Below are positions 10,213 through 24,445 of a stretch of DNA of 64,000 nucleotides, in pieces. The stretch comes from Callorhinchus milii (Eukaryota). The notes under the pieces are model-generated. The model worked only from the letters and a program-made list of their open reading frames with translations, did not search any database and was not told where the DNA came from. Within the stretch, counting starts at the first letter, position 1; every line of letters begins with the position of its first letter. Made by a program: the position numbers and the translations under genes. The DNA is taken from the NCBI RefSeq assembly GCF_018977255.1, contig NW_024704742.1, positions 76,386,001 to 76,450,000 of the forward strand, in the 5' to 3' direction.

Positions 10213-10504
10213 GTTGTTTATCTAAAGGTAGCAATCCTTAAGTAATTGAAATGATTCCTGTTATGCAGAATGGAATGTGAAGATCCATCCTTTTCAGACA
10301 TGACTGATCAGCTTCCTCTTACAACAGCAAGCATATTATGTTGTATCCAGAATATTAAAATATGTTGTTTCTATCAAGGGTCATTTAGATTAGGTGATAT
10401 TCATTGCTTGTGTTAAACTGCCTGTGTATTATATAAATATAACTTGTTTGGAAACAAATGGGAGTTTCACATTCTAGTCACTGCACTTTATAGGGTAGGA
10501 TGAT

Positions 10505-10815
10505 CTGAATGATCCTAACTGGTCAAGGAGCGAAAAACTTGCCAGACAGTGCTTTGAATGGCAAGCTATGCATTTTTAGCTTGTTAGACTCCAGCAGTCT
10601 AACCAGACTCTGGAGTCCCCAAGCCTTGACTTTTGACAAGTTGTGTCGAATGCTCTCCAGAATTGGATAAGCAGGGCAAGAGTGTGCTTTCCATTCCAAT
10701 ACATGGGATTTTCCAATGGATAGGTGGAATGAATGGAACTCTCAGTTTGGTTTGGATACTCTTAAGAACGGTGAGGGGTTTCTGTATATTTCAGACACCC
10801 ACCTGACTAAAAAAG
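10505..10815 (+). repeat. Unnamed A-tailed interspersed repeat (family X), 3' half
   Basis: Aligns by eye with 56420-56728 and 33960-34265. Ends ...CAGACACCCACCTGACTAAAAAAG. Confidence 0.7.
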
Positions 10816-11064
10816 ACACTGTGCCCTGTGAAGCACTTTGAGACATCTTCCTAATATGGATTCTCCTGATGTGTATCCTAAAGATTCCTAAAGAGTTTAT
10901 AGATTTTTGAAGCAATCTCAGAAGAAAAATATTTCTAACTCCGTATTTTAAAGATCTCATCATGCCTTGTAAGATTTTGTTTGGAAACGTCCAAAGTCAG
11001 TGCCGATGAAGACATTGTTGCTGACTATTCCTCAGAATCGGATAAATTGTAAATGGGTTATATA

Positions 11065-11470
11065 GGAGCATTGTAAAGGGGTTAGAGTACTTGCCTTGCA
11101 AGCGAGAGACCTAGGTTGGATTCCCGACGGGCGAAACTTTGGGCAAGTTTTCTTACTCCAGGTGCCTCTGTTTACCTAGTGGTAAGTAAGAACCCGGTTG
11201 TTAGTTGATTGGCGGATCGCTTTTCCAGGGATAATAATTCCTTCCAAAGTAATAATAATAAATTGTTCACTCAATCCACGACTGTTTGTGGGACATTGCT
11301 GTATGCAATTGGCTGCCATGTTTCGCCCACAAAATCAATTCACTGTACAGTTAATTCACTTTGCAGTATATTCTGTGAAGCACTTTGAGTATTGAAGATA
11401 TAATAAGGCTCTATATCAAAATGGAAGGATTATTATTATTACATCAGATTATTATTATTAATTATTATTA
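11065..11470 (+). mobile_element. tRNA-headed SINE family A, long form
   Basis: tRNA-like head, TTGGGCAAGT...CTCTGTTTACCTAG middle, L2-like 3' end and (TAT)n tail. Confidence 0.8.
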
Positions 11471-12676
11471 CCATTGTAAAGGGGTTGTATAGAAGGGAAA
11501 AATCACAATGTGCAATGCATTGATTATCATCAATGATAATGAACACATTACAAGTGTCAATTTTCAGCCCAGAATTTTATAACTCCTCTGTTTCAGAGGA
11601 ATTCTTAATAGACTATGGTTATTTTGGTTCTTCAATACTAAACACAAATATATTAATCTCCATACCCCATGTATTCCTATGCTTTGTTTCTGAGTGTTAT
11701 TTAGTTTCTGGTTAGCCATCCTAGCCATAATATCTGAAAAAAAATGTCTTTTTGAAGGAATTATTATGCAACCTAGCCTCATAATGTAATCCTTTCAGCC
11801 ACCGGATCTGTTCACTGGTCTAGTAAATCTGGGATAATAAATCTTTCTTGTATGATTTTTTTATTTGAAACAACCACAACCTTGCATTTATGTAGCATCC
11901 TTCATGTAAGGTAATGTCTCAGAACACTTCACTGTGGAGCAGTTGGACGTCAGCCAAGGGAGAAGAGGCAGGGGAAGTGATTATTGGCATGGTCAAGAGG
12001 TAGATTGTAAGGTGGGATTTAAAGTCAGATATTGAGGGAATAAGGCAGAGGGATAAAGGCAGGGTATTGCACAGGTTAGGAATAAGGTTATGGCTTGGAG
12101 GGATAGGGGAATATGCAGCAGACCTGTATTAGCTGAATAGGGGGAGAGAGCAGAGGAGTGGAATACGAGCAGATCAGAAAGAGAGGGAGGTGCTAATATG
12201 TGGAGGGATTTAAATGTTGATCTTGTGGGTGATGAAACTAGGAAGATCAATGAGGAGTGCAATTGAGAAATCAAGATGGGAGATGTCAAAAGCTGAATAA
12301 GAGTTCTGGCGAAGGCAATATTATGCTATATGTTGTTATTGTTTAGTAATTTCTCTGTGTAACACTTTATGTTGTAATTCCCATCAATATAATTTCCTTT
12401 CAATACGCCACAAGTTCAAAATGCTACAGTCAAACCGCATTATTATAAACCCATAAGGTCTGACAAGTGCCTCTGGTTAGTAAAGACTTACTTTTTCAGG
12501 TTTCATTGACGGTTATAATTGATTTATAAATCTTATGACAATGAAAGGTTTGCACTTGTCTAATTGGTAAAAGGTCCAATTGTATAAAGATTGCATGAAC
12601 TTCAGGAAAATCATAATCAGCATGTGATTAGTGTTTAATGCTGTAATTAAATATAAACTCTGTTGTTATTACTCAG

Positions 12677-13030
12677 GTATCAGCCTGGCTCAATTTGTAG
12701 TACTGTACTGAGTCAGAAGGCTGTGGGTTCAAGCCCCATATTTGGACTTTGAACTCACAGTCCAGGTGGACAGGCCAAAACAGTACTGGGGGAGCCCTGC
12801 ATTGTTGGAGGTGTTGTCCTTCAAGTGAGACATTAAACCAAAGTCCCACCTGGCTGTACAGGTGGAATTAACCATTCCATGGCACTATTGAAAAAGAGAA
12901 GGGAGTTTCTCCTGATGCCCTTGCAATAATTCCCCAGATAAAATTCATGGTTATTTGTGGGACATTCCCATGCCCAAATTGGCCGTTGTATTTGCCTGTA
13001 AAATTAGACAGCCACGATACAATAAATCCT
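12677..13030 (+). mobile_element. Deu-domain SINE (family B)
   Basis: Same head and core as 53866-54292. Confidence 0.75.
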
Positions 13031-13299
13031 GTGATTCTTATGATAATGGGTATTGTAAGAAGTGCTTATAGGAAGCTGTGTAAAGATTTATTTCTGGAAC
13101 AGTCTTTTGATGTGGCAATGAGTTGAAGGATCCATTTCTGAAATCTGTTTCAAAATTGATTTGCTTCCAAATGATGAGTAAAAGTTAAGACGAAAAGAAA
13201 AGTGTTCCTGCCAGAATCCATATAAAGATCTTGACATTTCTGCAGTGGAGGTCAACTGCAGTCCCACCTGGTTTGTGTGCTTACAGTCCTGAGCTCCAG

Positions 13300-13495
13300 C
13301 AGCAATGCACTGCCTGAAAGGGTTATGGAAGCAGATTCAATAATAATTTTTAAAACGTATTTACTTGAAAAGAAAAAAAGTTGCAAGGCTATGGGGAAAG
13401 AACGGGGGACTGGGACTAATTAGATAGCTCTTTCAAAGAGGCACAACGGCCTGAATGGCCTCCTTCTGTGCTGTAGGATTCTATGATTCTATGAA
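13300..13495 (+). mobile_element. CR1-type LINE 3' end
   Basis: Ends GGCCTGAATGGCCTCCTTCTGTGCTGTAGG-ATTCTATGATTCTATG, a CR1-type octamer tail. Confidence 0.75.
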
Positions 13496-16083
13496 CACCT
13501 TTGCTGGCCTTGCTGAGATGAGTTAAATCATCAAGGATCAGAGACTGAAACTGTCTGCACGGCTCTGCTCTGGGGCCCATTGTAGGGCCTCACACTGTAC
13601 CTCAATAGTAATAATAATCACCCTTGCATTTTGATATAGCTCCTTATCAAGCTTTCAAGACACCCCAAAGCGCTTCACACAATATACTGTAAAGAGAATT
13701 GACTATATATTTTGTCTACACTTCATGCACAGTTGTAATATAAACACATTTGGAAAAGATTTTTTGGCCTCAACGAAACAGGATGAAAAGTGGATTCCCT
13801 TTGCTCACCTACAAAAATACAGTCACTATTCTTTACAGTAAATCCAGTTGAACACTTTGAGACATCCTCTTGACTAAAAAGGCGCTATATCAAATTCAAG
13901 AATTATTATTATTAAAATTATCATAAATCTCAAAATATTTTCTCTATGTGGCATGATCATGTCAAATATAACTTCCTGAAATTCCACCCAGTCTCAGCAT
14001 GTAACACCACATTTAAGATCGCACAGATTATAGAAAATTCTTAAATTCAATCTTAAATTGAAGGCTAGTTCTCTACAGTTCTTAAAAAGAAATTGGCTTC
14101 CAAATTAAGACTGAATTTTAAAAGTCTGTGAGACCATTTTAGGAGAAAATAGTACTACTGACAGAAAGTAGGTGGCATTTCAGGTCTCCTGCGGAAATTC
14201 TGTTCCAGAGTTAAATTGTGTCAGAACAGATTTCCCATGGCTTGGTATGACTGTTTGTGGGACACTGTTGTGTGCAATTGGCTGCCACATTTTGCCCACA
14301 AAATATAGTCAATTCACTTTACAGTATATTCTGTGAAGCGCTTTGAGACGTCTCGAAGACATGATAAGGCGCTATATCAAATGCAAGGATTATTATTATA
14401 TTATTATGACTTATTTCTTTTAATTGGAAGGACGCTCCTGTGTGGCTTAGATTCCTTACTAAAGGATCCCATTCAACATCTTACCTTTCAGACCCAGTGC
14501 ATGAATAGAACAGGCACGTTGTCTCTGAACAATGCGAAACAGATAATTACATTGTTTGCGCAATTTAACAAGCATGCAAATGAAACTGGAATTCATGGGC
14601 AGGATGGAACCTGGTATGAATGTTGTGGATGAATATGAAGAAATCAAGGCAATGGAATGGAATGGAATGTGTCAATAAAACTTGGGCTGAATTACTGTAA
14701 GTGTGTCTGTGCTGGGAGGAGAGGGGGAAGGAGAGAAAATATTTGAACGGCTTCAAAAATAAAGATGATAATTGGAGTTGAGGTATAGATCAACCATAAT
14801 CTATTAGACTGGCAGAACAGAGTCGAGTGGCTGAAAGGCCTATTTCTGTTTCTATGTATTTGAAAATTTGCCAAATTCTACATGCTCTGAAATGCTGAGT
14901 ATGCTGACATGCTGAGTATTCTGAAATGTTGAGACCCTGGTGGAATTTCTATCCTGCTGTATCTCAATCCATGTACTCACAAGCAAATAGCACACTTCTG
15001 GGACTGGGGTAGTAACCTCACTCCAGATATCCCTAGAGACACAGAAGGGTGTAGTGCTGGATTGATCAACTACTTGGCACTTCCTGACAGATATAAAGAC
15101 AGTAAAGCGGGAGCTACCTTCACTCCAAAGAGTTTCAGGAGGCCCACTTCCTCGATGCAATACCATTCAGATGGATCTCATTGATTCTAGGTTTGGCTTC
15201 GCAAGTGGAGTACCACCCAGGCCTTAGAGATAGTAATTGCTGCAGATGCACTGAGATATGAGGATATTCTGTGAAATGGCAGCATGTGTGGCAAATCTTC
15301 AGCTGCACACGGCAGAGACTATATTGGGAAGATTAACAAAGCCTTGCTGACTGTGGGGTAGACATTCCACTTGGGTCTAGATTTACTCTATTGAATTTGC
15401 AATTCAGAGACCAACATTTGCCAAATTGTCAAATTTTATCTTATCTATGAAGCTGGTTTTCTTTTTAAAATTAAGACTTTTTTTTAAAAAAATCGCAAAA
15501 CTCTGGACACTTTGAAATACAAATAGACGACCCATCCTGCCGTCCCAACATCACAGCATCAAGCTAGTTTTTAAATGGGTCCAGTGTCCGGGCCTCAACC
15601 ATTCTTCCTGGCAACCTGTTTCAATCACTAATTACCCCCTGGGTTAAGAAATACTTCCTGGTGTCTGTCCTGAAATTATTCTTTACAACTCTAAACCTAT
15701 GCCCTCTTGTTCTATGTTCTTCATATATCCTAAAGTACTGTTATGGGTTTACGTTTTCAATCTCATTTAACATGTTATACAAGTCTACCAGCCTGGCTCT
15801 TCAAGACATTAGGCGCCTGGCAGGAGATCAGCAGAGATTGTCATCCAAAATAGAACTCTGGCAGATTATAGCGAGAGATATCTGGATATCTGCAAGATCT
15901 GATGGGATTGAATCCTCATACAAATGTTGCACACCCCATGTTGGTTTTGTTTGGTCTGTGGGAAAGACAACGACAACAACAAGCACTTATATAGAGTCCT
16001 CCACACAGGGTAGCGTCTTAGAATGTTTGAAGACCACAGACTTGAATCGGCCAAATGTCCTTTTCTCATTCCATCCTTTATTG

Positions 16084-16410
16084 TGTGGAGTCCTGTAGCT
16101 CAGTGGTTAGAGCACTCGCTTTGCAAGCGAGAGACCTGAGTTCAATTCCAAGCACAGGGCGAAACCTTGGGCAAGTTTCCTTACTCCACACGCCTAATAA
16201 TAATCCCTCCAAAACCAAAACCAATAATAAATTGGTCAATCTACGACTGTTTGTGGGACATTGCTGTGCGGAATTGGCTGCTGCGTTCGCCCACAAATAT
16301 ACAGTCAATTCACTTTACAGTATGTTCTGTGAAGCGCTTTGGGACGTCCTCCCGACGTGAAAAGCGCTAAATCAAATGCAAGGTTTATTATTATTATTAT
16401 TATTATTATT
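16084..16410 (+). mobile_element. tRNA(Ala-like)-headed SINE family A, short (internally deleted) form
   Basis: Cloverleaf-like head 16090-16160 with anticodon arm CTCGC-TTTGCAA-GCGAG. L2-like 3' end and (TAT)n tail. Confidence 0.9.
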
Positions 16411-19400
16411 GTTCCTATTCCAGATTCATTCCAGCTGTATTTTGAACAGAGGACAATATATTTAAAGCCAAGCATGTTGCCAAAGTTGCAATGTCATGTC
16501 AGAAGCACAGATGTGGAACACCATGCCTAGTAATGTGAAAAGAAAGCAGGGAGTATGGTAACTGTGACTAGTGGCAGAACACAGATCCAGGACCCAGCAT
16601 TTCAAACAAGTGTTAATATGTGGGAAAATCCTGTGCTGCCTTTTCACTTCCTTGGTTTAAATTTTTAATTTATTACAGTATAAGATAATTGAAGGAGAAG
16701 AAAAATGCCATTTGATGCATTAAACCTCAGCTTTTAGGATATCGCCCTAGACTTACAAGATTCACCTGCATGTGGTTAGTGTGCGAATAACAACAATACA
16801 CATGTTTGAGTGAGGACAAGCATAATGTTTAACAGTCCTCCTTCATAAATGCAAGAAACTGCGGCTGGGCAAATGTATAATGTTGCTACAGCTTTCAAAA
16901 AGGATTCACATTAAAGTGCTGCTAATTCACTTTTTGCTATTCATGCTCTGCTGAGTTCATAAGTCAAAAAAAGGTTTCCAAGCAAACAAACACGCAACAT
17001 GTGTATATCTTTAGGAATGTATGGCAAATGCTGAAATCACATAGAGAAGCCAAACCAACAGCAAATACTATAATCTCTGAGATATTCAATATTGTGGTAC
17101 TTGAACCAGTTTTAACAAGTTCCTAAAACTGTGAAACCTTTTGTAACACTGCAAAATTTCTTATTTCTATATATTCTGTGAATGGGATAAAGAAAATCAG
17201 TTTACCTAAGAGAAAAAAAGTACCTCACCTAATGTGATTCATCCAGGAAATATTCGCTTTTGAATATTGTCCACAAAAAATGTTGGCGATGTGCCCGTGA
17301 TATAGACGTGTAAAACACACCACTTCTCCTTTCCTGGCTCATTGATTAACCAGAATTTGAAACATACAAAGCACACATCGGGGTTAAACCCAAGATATTT
17401 GTGCCTGGAGTTGCATAGAATTTGGAAATATTGAATATTGACAGTAACCAGATACATGGAACTCCATTAGGGGTATGCTATGAACAAGGGTTGTGAGGAA
17501 AGTGCAGGTAAATGAGACTGAAAGAATTGCTCTTTAAAGGAGTCAGCACATGCACGAATAGCTGTGCTATAATACTTTCAGATATGCCAAAGCAGCAAGA
17601 CAATGAAACACAGATTCAGGGCAATTTCTGGATGTATACCAAGTATATCTCTTTTCCAGGGATAATAATTCCTTCAAAAAATAGTATTAATAAATTGGTC
17701 ACTTTGATCAACGACTGTTTGTGGGAAACTGCTGTGCACAATTGGCTGCCGCTTTTTCCCGACACAAAAATACAGTCAATTCACTTTAGAAGACATGATA
17801 AGGCACTATATCAAATGCACAGATTATTATATATTATTATAAGTAGTATTTCTTTACATAGATTGTAATTAATGACTGGAACAGGTGAGCAGGACTCTGA
17901 GAACTCATTTCAGAAATAGCTTGATGGTGTGATTAAGGGATTGTAGGGTGGCTATTCTGGAGGGATGAGATCAGATTGGCCAAAGGACCTTCTTCATCCA
18001 AATCAATTTTGTGATCTTGTGAACACAATCTTCTTCTGCCCTCCCCCTCAAGTGAATTTCCTGCTTGGAAGTATACACAAACCCTTTTTTGAAATTTTGC
18101 AAATACTGCAGTTTTGAGCTCACTATAATTCATTTGAAATTACAGCAGTTACAGCAACTTGGATTTATATTATTTTCACCACGAGCTCCAGGTAACAAAT
18201 TCTTTGATGTGGATGAATGACCACATAAAATTGGTTATTCACTTCATGGCTGTTTGTTGGACATTGCCATGTGCAAAATGTCTGCTGTGCTGGAATACCC
18301 AGTCGCTACAGTTTACAGAAAGCTCTCTGAAGCACTTGGAGATATTTCAACAGTGCATTAAGGGATTCCTTAATATGGTGTTCAGTTACTCAAAAAGGGG
18401 ACTCTTTCCAGTACCCTAGAGTACATCACAGAAACCTGCAAAACATCCATTCTGACACTATTTCCTTTGAAGAGGAGTACCCTAGGATCAATGGGAATTC
18501 TGTGGGATTCTTCATTATGGAATTATTCTTGTTACAAAATAATAATAATAAATAATCTTTGTATTTTATATAGTGCTTTATCTCAAAGAGCTTCACAGAA
18601 TATATTGTAAAGTGGATCGACTGTGTATTTTGTGACCCTTTAAAATGGCATCACAGACCCAGGTATGAATATTTTAGAACATGATGAAGCATTTTCAGGA
18701 ACAGGTGGTTTCCTGACAAGCTCGTGCAGATCCTTTGCTTGTCTTTGTAAATCATTGACAGAATTGTTTCCTGCTCGGGTGGGGAAGAGTGCGAGTGAGC
18801 GACAGATGAAAGTATTTAGTGTGCCTGGGTAGTGAGGCAAACATTGTAAATCATTCACAAATAATGATCATGCCTTGTCTAAAAATTCATGGAAAATTAA
18901 GGTGTTGGTTTGTTAAACCACACCTTAGTAATAAATCAGCCACTCATACAGTATCATAATATTTATCTGATATTTGTGAATGTTTTTTTCCTTCAGATTT
19001 TAATTATGAACTGAATATTGTCCTCTATCTTTTCAATTGAAGGAGAATCCTCAACTGAGATACAAAGATTTCTAAATTTGGTTGCAAGAAACCGTGAGAA
19101 TTGAAACAAATGGAAGGTGAGGATGGGATGAAACTGGCCCAAGGGACGCATCTGGCACACAGGACATCAGTTGGACCACTCTGACTTTGATATAGACTAG
19201 AAAGTTGCAAGTTTAAGTCTGGGTCTATGCCGGGTTAGTTGCTTTCAGCTGGGGCTATAGCTGGGGCTATGATCGGTCTTGGTATTTCTGAGTTAGAGAG
19301 GAGATAATCAGGATTCCTGCTTTGTCATGCAGAGACCTGTGATGGAAAGTGTGCAATAGCGTGCCAAGCTCAGGCTTAACTCTGATTTTATCCATGGTTG

Positions 19401-19979
19401 GATAGCCTGCCATCCCTCACTGTGAAGACTCACACATGAACAAAGACCGGATGAGGAAAGTATCAAAGGTTGACTGGTGGCTGGGGACCGTGCCCCAATG
19501 CAAAGAAAAAGTTACTCAGGAGGCTTCAGGAGATGAGAAGGGGAGGAAATTGGCAGAGAGATAAAGTTTATGTAAGTCACTTGCATTCTTTGCATAGCTG
19601 AGTGGCGCTATCAAAAGGAAATCCTGTTATCCCACATGCTCTGGCATGAAGTACCTCAGTGAAAGAATTAAGGGAATTGCTCTGACTCTAAAGGTCACTT
19701 GTAGCTGATGAAAGAACAGTGAAATGTTTAACTTAGTGAAAGTGGAAAGCAATGCAGATCTGTAAAGTTGGACGTACTGTTTCAATAATTAACCAGCAAT
19801 GAGCAACAAACCAGTCTGCATTTTTATTGCTCGGAAAGGAAGGGAAATTTTCACAGAATTCTGGCCAACATTCCTCCAGATAAATTTGTTCATGTCATGG
19901 TTGTTTGTTGGAGCTCGCTTGCCTCAAAATAGCTAACACCACTGCCTACAAAAATAGTCACTATACTTGACAAGAGATG

Positions 19980-20432
19980 GTAATAATAATAATGATAATC
20001 CTTGCATTTGGTATAACACTTTGTCATGTCAATGAGACATCTCAAAGCACCTCACAGGTTTTTGCTGTGAAATTTAATGACTTTATTTATGGTCAAGAAT
20101 GCAGCCAAATTGCTCACAGCATTGCCCCGCAAACAGCCATGGAGTGAGTGACCAATTTTATTTGGGGGATTGTTGTCCAGAACACTAGGACAGAGAAACT
20201 CCCTTCTATTTTGAATAGTGCCATGGGATCTTTAATGTCCACCTGAACAGGCAGATAGGTCCTTGGTTTAAAGTCTTATCTGAAAGACAGCACCTCCAGC
20301 AATTCAGCACATGCCCAGCGTCATTGGAATGTCTGCCTAGACGATATGAGTTGAAAGTCCCTACCTGAGGCATGAATCGACAATTGTCTGACTCAAAGGC
20401 AAGAGTGCTACCAACTGAGCGAGACTGACACC
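19980..20432 (-). mobile_element. Deu-domain SINE (family B), full length
   Basis: Reverse complement of the family B head, core and (TAT)n tail. Confidence 0.8.
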
Positions 20433-21267
20433 ACAAAGCTGTGATGAAGTGTGATACTAATGCAAGGTCTTCTTCTAAGTCACACTGTCCTCATTTTGTA
20501 AATAAAGAATAGGGATAAGTTTGTAAGAGATAAGTTTGGGAGCTCATGAATCCTCCAGTCATGAAGACATGGTTACCTGTTGGTAATCTGCTGCCGCTTC
20601 TAGCCATCTGGCACCAGCATCTTTTGATATGTGTAAACTGAATGAAACGGCACAAGCCACGTCTTATGAGATTAACAAGAGTGCATCAACTGCGGTTGTT
20701 TTTGGGAGCAGTCTAGGCATGTATGGGTGTCAGCTAATTGCTGTTAGACAATAAACTCGTGTCAGAAGGCAATATATGTGACACTGAGCCCCATACATTA
20801 TTCTGGTTGCTTCATCTTCCTGATCCTATTGAGGCAAAAGCACATTCTACATTCCTGACGTTCACTAAGTTGACAACGTGTGAAGTGGGAGCTTTCTGCC
20901 TGATCACAAGCTCTCTATGAGCCTACATGTATTTAACCCATGGCGAAAAATCATTTATTGTTAAATTGTAATGAAAAACATAACAAAGTCTTAGATATCT
21001 AAATCATCACTGAAGATCTATTCGAAAGAGACTAAAACAATTCAAGTCAAGGGAAAACAACAGGACCAGCGAGCTCAGATTCAGGGTCTTGATGGTCCGG
21101 TTTGGGGCAGAAATGACGAAACATTTCATTGCACACAAGATATGAATGGAATGGGTTACCAAGAAGGGTAGCAGAAATCAGAACACTGGACTATTTACAA
21201 ACCAGCTTGATGCTGGAATGAGAAGATGGTAAAGTGGGTGTTCTGGAAAATGAAATTAAATGAGCAG

Positions 21268-21770
21268 ATTTTTCATCAGCCAGGTAGAAATCCGTCACCA
21301 TGCTTAAGAATATCTAAAATAGACTGAGAGTTCCACATATGTATGCCACCTACATTTTGAAATGTCCCTGTGGCTGGAATAGAATGCACACTTTCTCTGG
21401 AAGGAACCACTCCTCTTACCTACAGCTTGACATTGAGAGCACTCTGGCAAGCTGCCCGCTGGTTGTCCAGTTAAGACCACCTACCATTCAGGCTTTGCAT
21501 TGCAAGGTTAGCAGGAGTTAAGTGGGAAGAATCCCTGACCGCAGTAACTGTTCTGCCCTTCCAAGTCATGTTGATGAGCCAAGCTGTGGGTTAGGAAGGA
21601 TAGTTGAAGGTCAAACATCAGCCTAGATTACTGCAGATCCACCTGGCTCAGGAACCAGACTACTAAGACTGCCACAGAGGCTTCATTTGATTCCAACATA
21701 CTGCAACCAAGCATGTCACCCTGGAGCCAGCTCAGCTCCAAGGAGACACTTCTTACCTCCCGCGAGGAAG
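21268..21770 (-). repeat. Family X repeat, near full length
   Basis: Reverse complement aligns with 56115-56728 from GGGAGGTAAG...CTTGGAG through to the 3' end. Confidence 0.7.
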
Positions 21771-23189
21771 ATTGCCAATCAAATGAGCTGGAGATCCTTC
21801 TTCATCTATACTGCTCTTGTCAACTCTTATGAAGTCAAACTGTTTGTAATTTGATTGAACAAAATTGAAAGAAGAAAGTGATTGTTTCTGAGGACTCCTG
21901 ATTTTCACAAGTGATAAATTTACACTTTGAAGGATTTACCTTTGCCCTACTGACTGACATTACAACCAAAAGTAATGCTGTAATTCTATTTTTTTTTAAA
22001 AGGATAAAGTACTATTGTTGTTTGTAACTGGGCAAGCATGTGGAATGTTCAGAACAAATTTACCTCCACCCAGTTTGAGAAAAAACAATATAGCATGATA
22101 ATCCCATTTAATCTGTACAAACTTTCTGGAGCCTGAAATGTCACATAACTATTTTGTGTTTTCTGTTGAATGGAATAATTATCCTTAATCCATATAATTT
22201 ACTCACTTTGATTGTACTGACTCAAGCAAAGATAATTGAATTTAAATGTGACAAAGAGTAGTTAATACTCTCAGCCCATAATTTGGTTAGATTCTCGGCA
22301 GACCTCAATATCTGAACAACAATATTAACCAGTGAAAGTGCATTCTTATACTTTTATAGTTATACTTTTACTATATTTAAATAATCATATATTCAGGATC
22401 ACATCATTTCTGTTTAAGATCCCTTATCAATGGAAACTAGTGGCAGCATGAGTAATGATAATAATCATCCTTGCATTTGATAGCAGGTAACTAGCACGTT
22501 TGGCACTTTGGCTCATTGGATAACCCTATCCCCTCTAGGCCAAAAGGCTATAAATATTGCTGGCATAGATTAACTGCTACATCTGCTAATATACCAGTCA
22601 CTATACAGTAACATAACTTATTGTGTAAAGCACTTTGAGATGTTCCAGTCCAAGTATTGTTAAGACGGTTACAATACGCACCATTTGTCTTTAAGTTGGG
22701 AGTCCCTATATTCATGATGCATCCTGTTAGAGAACACTAAACCATGTCTGAAGATGCCTTTTTTGTTATGGACTAATTTACTAGTCATGTAGCATTTGTC
22801 CAGTCAGAGAGTCAGGTGAGCGCAAGTGAATGATTTTTTCTGTAATAAGTTAAGCTAAATGACGCACTTGCTATTTGGCCAGATCTCAGTGGGTAAAGTT
22901 CAGCGAAAATACATTCATGCTATTAGAATTTTTTTTTGGTCAGCTTAGTATCTGACACATGCGGAAATCCATCATCATGCTTTAGAATATCCAAACCAAA
23001 CTAAGAAGATAGCTTCAGTTGAAACACAAGATCTTTGTGTTCTTGATTTAGGTATGGTAAAAGGGTTGGGTTCAGGATTAAAAGTTCTATAAAGATCTTA
23101 CAAAATAACAGAACAGGTTAAATGGGTTGACTGGTCTCCTCCTACTCCTGTTTTCCAATGTTCATTATTCATCTGGATTCCACTGACGG

Positions 23190-23760
23190 TAATGAACATA
23201 GGAACACAGGATCAGAAATAGGCTTTTCAGCTCATCGAACCTGTCCCACCACTTTCCAAGATTATGGTTGATCTGCAGCTTAATTCCAACTCTCCGAGTT
23301 CTCTCCATATCCCCTAATACACCCTGTTTATCAAGCATATCCTTCTGGGGGAGTGAATTCAATGAATTTGCTAATTTCACTTTTAAATGCTTTAGCCTCA
23401 AGTTTAAGACTATGACCTCTCGTCCTCAATTCTCTCACCAGAGGAAACAGTTGCTCACTATTCTGCCTGCCAAATCTCTATAATTTTATACACCTCAAAC
23501 AGATCATCCCTCACCCTCCTGAACTTGAGAGAATACAATTCAAGTTTTCCATCCTTTCATCATAATTTAGGCCTTTGACACCAGGAATCATTCTAGTAAA
23601 TCGACACTGCAAATTGTCTAAGGCCAATATATTCATCCTGAGGTTTGGTGCCAAAAACTGTACGCAATTCACCAAATTGGGTCTGACCAGTATTTTGCAC
23701 AGCTGTAACATCCTTTTTTCACTCTTGCATTCCAGCCTCCTTGTGATAAATGCATCCAAA
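23190..23760 (-). mobile_element. CR1-type LINE 3' region
   Basis: ORF 23511-23768 gives LVRPNLVNCVQF.AP...QCRFTRMIPG, the CR1 ORF2 C-terminal motif. Confidence 0.85.
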
Positions 23761-23864
23761 ACCTTCACTTTACTCTTTCATTCCTCGTTCCTCAATGAAA
23801 TAATGGCCTTATGACCTGCCCAATTTTATGCAATTTATTGCTGGAAATGTGCTGTAACATGATA

Positions 23865-24445
23865 AAACAAATAGGAAACAAGATGCTGGGCTATATTGCT
23901 AAATCAGTTGAGTTTCATCCCCAGATGTCATTCTCAGGCTGTATAGCATTCTGATCAGGTCTCACCTCCAGTACAGCCTATAGGTCTGGTCAATGTGATA
24001 AAAGGTGTCTGCTCAGGTCCTAGAGACCGTGCAGAGGAAAAGAATGAGGATGATCCCAGGGATTAGAGGAATAAGCTGTGAGCAATGATTAGGCAAGATA
24101 GGGCTCTTCAGTCTTGAGAGAAGACCCCTCAGAGGGGTGTAAAAAATACTGAATTGGATTGAAAAATTAAACCCAGGAAAATACTATGACATGTATCATA
24201 GAACAAGAGGACATATGCTTAGAATTATAAAGGCTGATTCAGGACAGATACCAAAAACGTTTTCTCTATCCACAGGGGATTCAATGATTGGAAAATGTTA
24301 GGTGGTTGAGTCCAAGACACTTAACTCATCTAAAATGCAGTTTGATGCTGTGATGGGAGGATGGGAGGTTGGGTCTTTTGGAGGATGAGATCAGATGGGC
24401 TGAAAGGTCTTCTTCATCCAAATCAATCTTATGATCTTATGAACT
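23865..24445 (+). mobile_element. CR1-type LINE 3' region
   Basis: LIRSHLQY..., RMIPGIRGIS motifs; (TCTTATGA)n-like tail. Confidence 0.75.

Noticed and set aside
16090..16160. tRNA-Ala(TGC)-like cloverleaf
   Set aside because: It is the head of SINE family A: imperfect T-arm, continues into the SINE body, and has many diverged copies. Not a tRNA gene.
19705..19735. CTGATGA...GAAA hammerhead-like core
   Set aside because: The intervening bases cannot form stem II and I found no convincing stems I or III.
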